Source of the DNA: a virus
Lineage: Duplodnaviria; Caudoviricetes
IMG/VR virus record: IMGVR_UViG_3300035183_001064
Location: 1-53,321 of that record
Direction: 5' to 3' (one strand)
Length of the DNA stretch: 53,321 bases
Shown piece after piece: positions 8,162-16,104 of the stretch (its first letter is position 1; the number at the start of each line of letters is the position of its first letter). The notes beneath the pieces were generated by a model. The model was given only the letters and a program-made list of their open reading frames with translations, had not been told where the DNA came from and ran no database searches. Made by a program: the position numbers and the translations under genes.

Positions 8162-8519
8162 TTTGGCAAGCAGAAATGGGGTGTATGGGGGCGCTATGGC
8201 GGCATCCAGAAGGTGGAAAGGGCGAAAAACCGGAACCCAGCGCCTGGTGCGATGGGTGGCGGCGATACGCCCGCAGCGCGCCACGCGGAGGGCGGGCGTC
8301 GCCGCCCGCACCCCATTTTTGGGTGTGACCGCCCACCCATTTTTCTTATTGGGCGGTGGGCGGGCGTTTGGCGCGCAAAGCAGGCCAGAGGGCCAAAATG
8401 AGAGGCTATAGTCCGTCCCGGACAGGCGAAGCGGTTGCGTTGCTGGCTTCGGTTCGTTGACCGGGCGGGTTGAAGAACATAAAACGGGCGAATCGCCCTA
8501 CAGAGCAAAGGAGAGTGCC

Positions 8520-8816
8520 ATGGTTATTATTTCTAGTCCGTTGGGATTTGCCGGAACGACGGTGAGGTTTGAGGAGGTCGCATTTCCCCAGAGCCTTGAA
8601 GGGGCTATTTCGTATGTGGGGCATCCCTCAACAAGGGCCTTGCTAGAAGCGTTGGGTGCGGAAACGCGCACGGGGCGGTGGGAAGGTCCAGCGGTGAATG
8701 AGAGCTATTTGGCCGTTCCGCTTGCCCAAAATGCGCGGGAAGGCGGATGGACTCGCGATGTTGCGATAGAGTCTGTTCGGGAGCTACGGGCAATTCGCTG
8801 TACACGGATTGCGTAG
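8520..8816 (+). CDS. DUF1874 / STIV B116-like protein
   Basis: ISYVGHPSTR resembles the S.VGH..TA signature; AAGGAG RBS; ~98 aa. Confidence 0.55.
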   Translation: MVIISSPLGFAGTTVRFEEVAFPQSLEGAISYVGHPSTRALLEALGAETRTGRWEGPAVNESYLAVPLAQNAREGGWTRDVAIESVRELRAIRCTRIA

Positions 8817-8863
8817 GGTGCGGGCAGGCAATGCGAGAGGCGTTTGTTTGATGGAGGGAAATT

Positions 8864-9037
8864 ATGGCCGGGAAAAGCAGGGTTTGGCGAAGGATAAAGG
8901 CAAAAGTGTGTCCTGAATGCGGATCTCCCACGGACCTGACGCTGATGGGGCTGGATTGGGAGGTGGAGATTTGCGAGGAGTGTGGGTGGGAGGAGCCGCT
9001 AGAGCGATATGTCCTCAACGGAGCGGATCCGCCATGA
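8864..9037 (+). CDS. Small zinc-ribbon protein (57 aa), not in the ORF track
   Basis: GGAGGG RBS; CPECG...CEECG. Confidence 0.65.
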   Translation: MAGKSRVWRRIKAKVCPECGSPTDLTLMGLDWEVEICEECGWEEPLERYVLNGADPP

Positions 9038-9200
9038 GCGTAGCGCGGGGGCTTTCCGTAGTGGACAGGCGTATGAGGGCATGATACAACGTGGTGCGGA
9101 CCGCCTCTGGTTGGGGGTGGTCCGTGATTGAGGCGCTCGGGAAGGGCGCTATGGCGTAGGGCCAGCAGGCCCGGGTGTACAGGAGAAGGAGTGATATACG

Positions 9201-10019
9201 ATGATTGCGGCGAAAAAAGAAAAAGGGGTTCCGGCGGTAGCGGTGCATACAACGCGGAAATCGGGAACGTTGTTATACCGGATAGAGCGGTATTACGAGG
9301 AAGATCCCGAACGGCCTAAAGGGATGCGCCGCACGCGCGCGCGTCTCAAAACGCTGACGGAGGATGTGGAGCGGGACGGGTTCCAGACGGTGGTGCTGGA
9401 CACGGTGACGGCGTTTGAGATGCAGGGGCGATTTCAATCGCAGTTTGTTGATAAGGTTGGATCGCCCGAACCCCGCCAGTGGTTCGCGGATAGTACGGAC
9501 TGGGTGGAGCGCATGGTCATGGTGCGTATGCCCTCGCTGGTGACGAAGTTGGGGGTGTATGGGATTGTTATTGCGCATACAGCAAGCGATCGGGATAAGG
9601 ACGGCAACGTGCTGAAATATACGCCGGACATGCCAGGGCGGTGCGCGACAAGACCGGGGTCGTTTTATAATGAGATTTACTATGTGGAGAAGAACGAGGA
9701 TGGGGAGGCCCGGTTCTTTGTGTCAGACAAGAATTATACGGCGACAACGGGGATTGGGCTGCCAAATGGGTGCCCCGCCCGGTGGTCGGAGGTGAAAGCG
9801 GCGCTGGATGCGCTGGGAATGCCTGAGTTGCATTTTTGCTGGATGTTCCATGGGCGATATGGTGCGGGTAAATCGACGGCGGCGGCAACCTGGCCTACGC
9901 CAACACTGGTGCTGCTGTTTGATTCGCCCGGAAAAGATTTGCCGTATTTGAAGCGCGGTTCCACGAGGAAAGAGGTCCAGGGGCCGGATGGCCTGCCAAC
10001 CATTGAGGTGTATTCCTGA
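9201..10019 (+). CDS. AAA_24/Sak4-like ATPase, circularly permuted
   Basis: Walker B (TVVLDTVT) and IVIAH in the N-terminal half; Walker A (GRYGAGKST) near the C-terminus. Confidence 0.8.
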   Translation: MIAAKKEKGVPAVAVHTTRKSGTLLYRIERYYEEDPERPKGMRRTRARLKTLTEDVERDGFQTVVLDTVTAFEMQGRFQSQFVDKVGSPEPRQWFADSTDWVERMVMVRMPSLVTKLGVYGIVIAHTASDRDKDGNVLKYTPDMPGRCATRPGSFYNEIYYVEKNEDGEARFFVSDKNYTATTGIGLPNGCPARWSEVKAALDALGMPELHFCWMFHGRYGAGKSTAAATWPTPTLVLLFDSPGKDLPYLKRGSTRKEVQGPDGLPTIEVYS

Positions 10020-10978
10020 TGAGCGTGCACCAAACGTACTCCATCGATTTGAAGGGCCGTGACATTACAATCATTCCGTTTGCGTGTGTCCACGCAGGGA
10101 GTCCAGGACACCATGCGTCGTTGTGGCGGCGCTTTTTGCAGCGGGCGCAGCAACCGGATGTGTACACGCTGGGGGTGGGTGACTATATGGACTTTGCGCG
10201 TACTTCGTACCGCAAAGCGGTCGCCCATGCGGGGAGTGATGAAAACTCGGTGGAGGCGTTGGATTTTTATGCGGCAAGCACGGCGCGCCAATGGGCCGAT
10301 GAGTTTATGGATATGGGCCGTGCTGAGCGGTGCATAGGATTGCTGGAGGGTAATCATTATTGGACCTTTCAGACAACGTATGCGGAAGGAGGGTTCCTGG
10401 CGGGGCAGACCACCACGCAGTTTATGGCCCAAAGGATGGGTGTACCGTATTTGGGCCACACAGCGGCCATTGTTCTTCACCTGACGGATACTGAGAGGTG
10501 GGGCGCATTGGCTGCTGATACGTATAAGATTATTGCGAATCATGGGTACGGATCGGGTGGTTCTTCGGCAAGCGCCGATTTAGGGCGGATGGAGCGTATT
10601 ATTGAACCGGCCTTCGATGCGGATCTGTACGTCACGGCGCATACCCATAGAAGGCTGGCGTATTTTATGCCCCGCCTCGCGCCGACTCTGGTGGAGTTTG
10701 CCGAAAAACCGCACCTTCTGGTGAAAGCTGGATCGTTTTTCCGCACTTACGTGCCACAATATACGACGTATGCGGACCAAAAGTTTATGCGCCCGGTGGA
10801 TTTGGGGTGGGTGGAAATACGTCTGGTCTACGAACCGCCTGGCGGAGGTGCGCCGGATCGGTGGGAGCGCCGCACGGCTGTTTGCATGGCGGCGCATGAG
10901 TTGCGGAGCGTGGCGCGGTTTGCACGGCCAGAAAAGAGGCGAAGGCGCAAAGCAAAGGGGGTGATTGTCAAAAAGTAG
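10019..10978 (+). CDS. Calcineurin-like metallophosphoesterase
   Basis: xVH, GDYMD, GNH, HG, HTH motifs (the first Asp is replaced by Cys: ACVH). Confidence 0.8.
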   Translation: MSVHQTYSIDLKGRDITIIPFACVHAGSPGHHASLWRRFLQRAQQPDVYTLGVGDYMDFARTSYRKAVAHAGSDENSVEALDFYAASTARQWADEFMDMGRAERCIGLLEGNHYWTFQTTYAEGGFLAGQTTTQFMAQRMGVPYLGHTAAIVLHLTDTERWGALAADTYKIIANHGYGSGGSSASADLGRMERIIEPAFDADLYVTAHTHRRLAYFMPRLAPTLVEFAEKPHLLVKAGSFFRTYVPQYTTYADQKFMRPVDLGWVEIRLVYEPPGGGAPDRWERRTAVCMAAHELRSVARFARPEKRRRRKAKGVIVKK

Positions 10979-11040
10979 TTGTAGGGTATGGTGCGTGCAC
11001 CATTGGCGCGGTCACATCGTGTTTTGGTTTTTTACACTTT

Positions 11041-11108
11041 TGCTCTGGGGCTACAGAGCATCCGCATGCGCGGTAGAAGCCCACGACTGAAGGCGTGGGA
11101 ATAGCCAC
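11041..11108 (+). repeat. 68-bp triple-hairpin element, copy 1 (3' part resembles an IS200/IS605 end)
   Basis: Aligns without gaps to 38705-38772(-) and 44812-44879(-). Confidence 0.85.
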
Positions 11109-11134
11109 ACAACAATGCTAGAATGGAGGCATAT

Positions 11135-11686
11135 ATGGCCAAATTAGATTGGTCCCATGTAAAGAGCAACTTTCTGTATCCTAAAGGCGTGTATCATGCG
11201 ATTATTAGCGGGGCCGAATACATCGAAGTGAAAAACGGAAAGATCGCGTTGCGTGTTCCGTTTCTTATTACGGCTCCGGCCCAGTACGAGGACAAAAAAT
11301 ACAGCGAGTTGTTTGTGATTGGGACGGATGATGATCCGAACGCCGAAGAGCCGGAAACGTGGTACAACTCGCCTGGCGCGGGCGGTATCAAGCGGTTGCT
11401 GTCGTATGGCGGGGAGGACTTTCCGGAAGACACGGATGATATTCCGGGGCTGATAGAGGGCTGGAACGTTGGCTTTTTGCTGGGCCAGCGGAAGCGCAAG
11501 GACACGGGCGATCTGGCTAACCAGATTATGAAATATGTGGATCCGGCGGATGTGGAGGCTTTTGTGGAGGAGCCAGAGGAGGCAAAGGCGTCCGCCAGGG
11601 GTCGAGCCGCCTGGGGTGAAGAGGATGAGGATGAGGAGCCGAAACCCAGGGGCAAAGCGCCGCAGGCAAAAAAGGTGCGACGCTAA
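11135..11686 (+). CDS. DUF669-like single-stranded DNA-binding protein
   Basis: N-terminal YPKGVY.A.I (OB-fold pattern), acidic C-terminal tail, located near Sak4-like ATPase. Confidence 0.7.
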   Translation: MAKLDWSHVKSNFLYPKGVYHAIISGAEYIEVKNGKIALRVPFLITAPAQYEDKKYSELFVIGTDDDPNAEEPETWYNSPGAGGIKRLLSYGGEDFPEDTDDIPGLIEGWNVGFLLGQRKRKDTGDLANQIMKYVDPADVEAFVEEPEEAKASARGRAAWGEEDEDEEPKPRGKAPQAKKVRR

Positions 11687-11737
11687 ATAGATAGCCCTTC
11701 ACACCCTCCCTCCCTACAGGAGTTTTGCGCCGGTGCC

Positions 11738-12133
11738 ATGCATCGGCGCATTACTCACAGCAACCCAGAACAAATGCAATGCGGCCTAGAAGGAGAAACG
11801 AGTATGATGAGTTTTGCCAAGGCTGATGTGGTGCAGGCGGAGGACTTCAAGGTGCTGTTGGACCTTAATTCACACCTTCACATAGCGAACCATCTGGCGC
11901 ATTGGCCTAGCCCGCAGGTGCAGATGACTGAAGGGCTGGTCACTGGCGGCCTGCTTGTTGCGCTGGCGGAATTGTTGTTGCGGTCAGGGCTAAGCACGCT
12001 GACCATCAACAGGGCGGACATTGAGCAGATGTGTGAGGACAATTTGCAGATTGGCATTGCTGGTGGAGAATCGCTTACGGTGACTCTGCAAACACGGCAA
12101 CAAACAGCGCCTGCACAAGGGAGAACACACTAA
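11738..12133 (+). CDS. Hypothetical protein (start probably ~11804)
   Basis: AAGGAG RBS before MMSFAK; TAATG overlap with the next gene. Confidence 0.65.
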   Translation: MHRRITHSNPEQMQCGLEGETSMMSFAKADVVQAEDFKVLLDLNSHLHIANHLAHWPSPQVQMTEGLVTGGLLVALAELLLRSGLSTLTINRADIEQMCEDNLQIGIAGGESLTVTLQTRQQTAPAQGRTH

Positions 12134-12531
12134 TGCTTGTATTGGGAAAAGATTCTTTTGATTACAATCCGGATCTTGCCCTGGCGACCTTAACTATGGA
12201 CAGTACGGTGCGGATGCAGCTTGTTCTGGAAGAGCTGCATTGCGAGGAAATGTCACATTGGGTGGACATGCTTTTGATGGAGTGTTTTGTATTGTCCATC
12301 ATTGCCAGGTTGTTGCAGCACTATGGCAATGGCGCTCCAATAGAAATACCCATAGCGGTGCAGGCCGCAGAGCCAGGACGTGCGCCGGGCAAGGCCATGC
12401 CCGAGCCGTTGGGGCTGTTGAAGGCGGCGTTTGATTGCCGGGCGGGGCGTCTCCGATTGTGGTTGGATGGTATGAACACACAGAGCACGGAAACAGAGGG
12501 AAAACAGACGGAGGAAAAAACCCATGAGTAA
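12133..12531 (+). CDS. Hypothetical protein
   Basis: Translationally coupled on both sides. Confidence 0.65.
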   Translation: MLVLGKDSFDYNPDLALATLTMDSTVRMQLVLEELHCEEMSHWVDMLLMECFVLSIIARLLQHYGNGAPIEIPIAVQAAEPGRAPGKAMPEPLGLLKAAFDCRAGRLRLWLDGMNTQSTETEGKQTEEKTHE

Positions 12532-13036
12532 TACACAGACGTCGAAGGTACAGGCTATTCGGGGCGGTGAAAGATCGGGATCGGTGCAGCGGTGGAACGA
12601 CACGTGGAACCGGAAGGAAAATGCGGAGTTGGAGCAGGAAATGGGCGCGCAAGTGCATATAAGCCTGTCTGTTCCGGCGGAGTGGGCGTGGACGGAAGCG
12701 CATGAAGAGTCCATGCGAAGAAAGCTGGACCTGGTGTCTGCCGCAGCCGTGCGGATGGCGGCGGGCATGGCGAAAGGGACAATGAAATACAAAGTTGACT
12801 TTTCCCAGTATAGCTTGCAGGAGTTTGTAGAGTTTGTGTTTGATGAAACGGCGGATCTCATGAACCTCGTAAGCGCCTTGAAAGAGGCTGTGATGCAGCG
12901 CGCGGGGAAGGCTTCCGGGTCCATCTCCGTGCGGCCTGCCGCCACTGGCGAGGAGGCTTTGGGGGACAGGCCTGGGCTTGAGGCGGCCCGGTTGTCGGAG
13001 GCGCTGGCGGCATTGGAGCAAACGGAAAAAGCGTAG
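12524..13036 (+). CDS. All-alpha NTP pyrophosphatase (MazG/dATP-dGTP diphosphohydrolase-like)
   Basis: R...G..KY.....L.E......DETADL pattern; lies directly before the polymerase. Confidence 0.45.
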   Translation: MSNTQTSKVQAIRGGERSGSVQRWNDTWNRKENAELEQEMGAQVHISLSVPAEWAWTEAHEESMRRKLDLVSAAAVRMAAGMAKGTMKYKVDFSQYSLQEFVEFVFDETADLMNLVSALKEAVMQRAGKASGSISVRPAATGEEALGDRPGLEAARLSEALAALEQTEKA

Positions 13037-13097
13037 GAGCATTGCATGCGGTGGGGCCGTATGGCCCCACCATCTTGCTTAGGGCCTGGGGGCAGGT

Positions 13098-14771
13098 ATG
13101 CCTGTACATGTACCAAACGAGATACGACCATTCGCACCCGTCGTGGTTATTGGGGAATCGCCCGGAGAGTGGGAGATTATGCGAGGCGCGCCCTTCGTTG
13201 GCCCGGCGGGATCACTCCTTGAACAGTTTTACAAAAGTGCGGGGCTGACCAGGGAGGATATATCGTTTTTGAATCTTGTTCCGATGGAGCTGCATGGTTC
13301 GGCGCTGCAAGAAGCGGCCCGATCGGCGGAAATGCAAAAAGAGCTGCACCGCAGTTTACAGCGGTGCAAGGGCGCCCGTGTGATCGTGCTGTGTGGAGAT
13401 GTTCCTTTGCGGGTGCTGTTGAACATGCAGGGTCACGAAGGCATTACGGCGTGGCGGGGAACCATCTTTGCCCCCGCTTTATACAACCAGAAATTGCAGA
13501 AGTTGTGTCCCGTGCAGTCCGGCTTGCTGGCGGTGCTCCCTGTCTACCATCCGGCGTACACGCTGCGAATGCCGCGCACGGCGGCTGCGCAGTTTCGGGA
13601 CTGGTCTGTTGTGGCTCAGATTCTGAAGACGGGGCGTGCGCCAGAACCGCCACAGCGGAGGCATATTACGTATCCGTCCCGAGCAGAAGTGGAGTGGTTT
13701 ATGGATTTTGTCCGCTCGTTTCCGGTCAGTACGCCTCTAGCGTTTGATATTGAAACGATTCCTTCCCTGGGCCGCATTGTGTGCATTGGGTTTGCCGTGC
13801 GCACGACGGAATCGTTGGTGCTGGACTGGAGCGTGAAATGGCAGCGGGAGGCGGCGAGGGCCTTGTTGCAGTTGCCCAATCCTAAGCTCGGGCAGAATGG
13901 GCACTACGATTTGTTTTATTTGTATACGGATGAGCATCCTACGCCTGTACGCAATTATTGGTGGGACACGATGTATTTGCACCACCAGCTTCATACAACG
14001 GAGCCGCATTCCCTGGCGTACCTTGCGAGCATGTACACGTACACGCCGTATTACAAGCATGAGGGTCGGGCCAGTGGCCGGGGTATTGGGGACTTGAATG
14101 TGAAACTGGCGGAATATTGCGGGCTGGATTGCTGCGTGCAGGTGGAAGTGTTCAATGCGTTGCACGCGGAGCTTGTGGCGGCGGGGCCGCAAGCCCTGCG
14201 GTTTCACAAGGAGCATTATCAGGAGATGTATGCGCCCCTGTTGGATGTATCGCTTGCAGGATTGCGGGTAGACTCCGCCTTTTTGGGTAATACCGGGGCG
14301 CAAATGGAAAAATCGCTGGCGGCGCTGCGTGCGGAAATTGAAAAGGACGCGCCGGTGTTTGGCAAAAACAGCATTTCCAACGAAAAGTTGCGGACGTGGC
14401 TCTACACCACCCACGGCATGCCGAAGGAGTGGGGCAAAGAAAGCGAAAAAACGGGCGACAAGAATCTCAGTGTGAGTGAAGCCACATTGCGGCGGCATAT
14501 GCTGCGGGATACGAAGAAAGCGCAGAGGCTGGCCCCGGTGTTGGAGCGCATTTTGAAGTTTCGGGAGTTGCATACGTTGTCGCGCTTTTTCGTGAAAAAG
14601 GATCTGATTGATCCTGATGGGTACGTGCGGGCGCAATATTCGTTGAATACGGAAGCTGGACGCTGCTCATCGAAAGCAAATCCCCGTTTGCGGGGGCGCA
14701 ATTTACAAAACATTCCGCCAGAAGTCCGCCCCGGTTTTGTGCCGGATGTGGAGATTCGGCGGGGTGTGTGA
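13098..14771 (+). CDS. polA: Family A DNA polymerase, N-terminal part: UDG-like domain + 3'-5' exonuclease + thumb/first palm segment
   Basis: GESPG..E..RGAPFVG and YHPAY (family-4 UDG); FDIET, QNGHYD, YCGLD (Exo I-III); TEAGRCSS, NLQNIP..VR..FVPD. Confidence 0.9.
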   Translation: MPVHVPNEIRPFAPVVVIGESPGEWEIMRGAPFVGPAGSLLEQFYKSAGLTREDISFLNLVPMELHGSALQEAARSAEMQKELHRSLQRCKGARVIVLCGDVPLRVLLNMQGHEGITAWRGTIFAPALYNQKLQKLCPVQSGLLAVLPVYHPAYTLRMPRTAAAQFRDWSVVAQILKTGRAPEPPQRRHITYPSRAEVEWFMDFVRSFPVSTPLAFDIETIPSLGRIVCIGFAVRTTESLVLDWSVKWQREAARALLQLPNPKLGQNGHYDLFYLYTDEHPTPVRNYWWDTMYLHHQLHTTEPHSLAYLASMYTYTPYYKHEGRASGRGIGDLNVKLAEYCGLDCCVQVEVFNALHAELVAAGPQALRFHKEHYQEMYAPLLDVSLAGLRVDSAFLGNTGAQMEKSLAALRAEIEKDAPVFGKNSISNEKLRTWLYTTHGMPKEWGKESEKTGDKNLSVSEATLRRHMLRDTKKAQRLAPVLERILKFRELHTLSRFFVKKDLIDPDGYVRAQYSLNTEAGRCSSKANPRLRGRNLQNIPPEVRPGFVPDVEIRRGV

Positions 14772-15070
14772 AATGGGGGGAACAAGAGATGACGGTGGAA
14801 GAAACGGCAGTGTTTTTTGGCATGTTGCACCGGGATGCCAGCGCCCCGTGGCCGTATAATTGGCGGGAAGCGCCAGTGCGCTATGTTATTCCGGAAGAGC
14901 AGGAGTATGATGGGGAGGGGCGGCCCTGTGGGCCGATGCCGCAATACCGCCTTGTTGGGTTGTGGGCGTTCGATGAGGCCACCCAAACAGTGCAGGTGGC
15001 GCTGCGTCGCGTTGGGGCCGAGCCGGAGCCTGAGCCGCACCAGCAGGAGGGTGTTGCCGTGGCGGCATAG
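14768..15070 (+). CDS. Hypothetical protein inserted between the two polymerase halves
   Basis: GTGA overlap with the polymerase N-half; no HNH/LAGLIDADG/intein motif seen. Confidence 0.6.
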   Translation: MKWGEQEMTVEETAVFFGMLHRDASAPWPYNWREAPVRYVIPEEQEYDGEGRPCGPMPQYRLVGLWAFDEATQTVQVALRRVGAEPEPEPHQQEGVAVAA

Positions 15071-15094
15071 CGCCGCATGTCTGGGGGAAGGCAA

Positions 15095-15952
15095 ATGAAA
15101 ACGGTATTTCTAAATATGGACTTGAGCCAGGCAGAGCACCGGGTGGTGGCCTTGCTGAGCGGCGATGAGACGTTTATGCAGGAGGCGTTTCGCCCCCTTG
15201 AAGGCGGCATTGATACGCATAAAGAAACGGCTGCCCTGATTTTTGAGGTGCCATATGACCAGGTGAATGCGGAGCAGCGATATGTGGCGAAAAAGGTGGT
15301 CCATGGCTCTGAACGCCTGATGGGCGCACGAAAATTGGCGTCTACCATGCGGAAGGATGGATACAATATCAAGGAGCACCAGGCGCAACGGTATCTGATT
15401 CAATTGCTCAAAAAGAAACCGGGCCTTATGATGTACATTCGGCGCGTCAAGCGTGCGATTCATGAAACGCGGACCCTCACGAATCCTTTTGGGCGGCGCA
15501 TTTATTTTGAGTGGGATCGTTTGGACGATGCGCTGTATCGGAAGGCAATGAGTTTTTTGCCCCAGTCTACGGTGGCGGATATTGTGAATGTTCTGTTTTG
15601 GAAGCGCCTGTATAAGTGGTTTGCGGAGAATGGATACGGGCGCGTCAATCAGCAAGGGCATGATTCCCTGCTTATGAGCGTGCAAATCGTGCGCGTGTAC
15701 GAGACCATGCAATATATTGCGGAGGAGCTGGCTCCCGCGCAGGCAAAAATCAAGTACCGGCTGCCAGATACAGGGGAATATCTACCGCCCATGATTATTC
15801 CTGTGGAGTTTTCCGTGGGGTGCAATTGGGGAGCTTTGACCTTGAAGTATACGGCGCTGCCCACAAAAAAGCAGTGCACACAAGACTTGCGGGCGCTGCT
15901 TCAGGCGGCGCGTGGAGCTGGTGGCAAGGCACATTCATTTGGGGGCAAGTAG
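15095..15952 (+). CDS. polA: Family A DNA polymerase, C-terminal palm/fingers part
   Basis: Motif A DLSQAE, motif B RYVAKKVVHG, NPFGRR, PQSTVAD, motif C QGHDSL. Confidence 0.9.
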   Translation: MKTVFLNMDLSQAEHRVVALLSGDETFMQEAFRPLEGGIDTHKETAALIFEVPYDQVNAEQRYVAKKVVHGSERLMGARKLASTMRKDGYNIKEHQAQRYLIQLLKKKPGLMMYIRRVKRAIHETRTLTNPFGRRIYFEWDRLDDALYRKAMSFLPQSTVADIVNVLFWKRLYKWFAENGYGRVNQQGHDSLLMSVQIVRVYETMQYIAEELAPAQAKIKYRLPDTGEYLPPMIIPVEFSVGCNWGALTLKYTALPTKKQCTQDLRALLQAARGAGGKAHSFGGK

Positions 15953-16104
15953 CCAGCAGACGGGCAATCAGGCTGGGGCCGCCGTCAAACGGCTCGCGCG
16001 CTTGCTGCTGCAAATGCTTGCGGATCCCTGGCGGCAAGGTGCGAATCTCCGATAGCCTTTGGGGGACGGCATCCTTCTGGCCTGTTCACGGGCGGGGCCT
16101 GGCG

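Noticed and set aside
14752-15095. Group I intron or intein in polA
   Set aside because: No recognisable P7 core or intein C/S...HN termini, and both downstream ORFs have their own starts; not fully excluded without cmscan.
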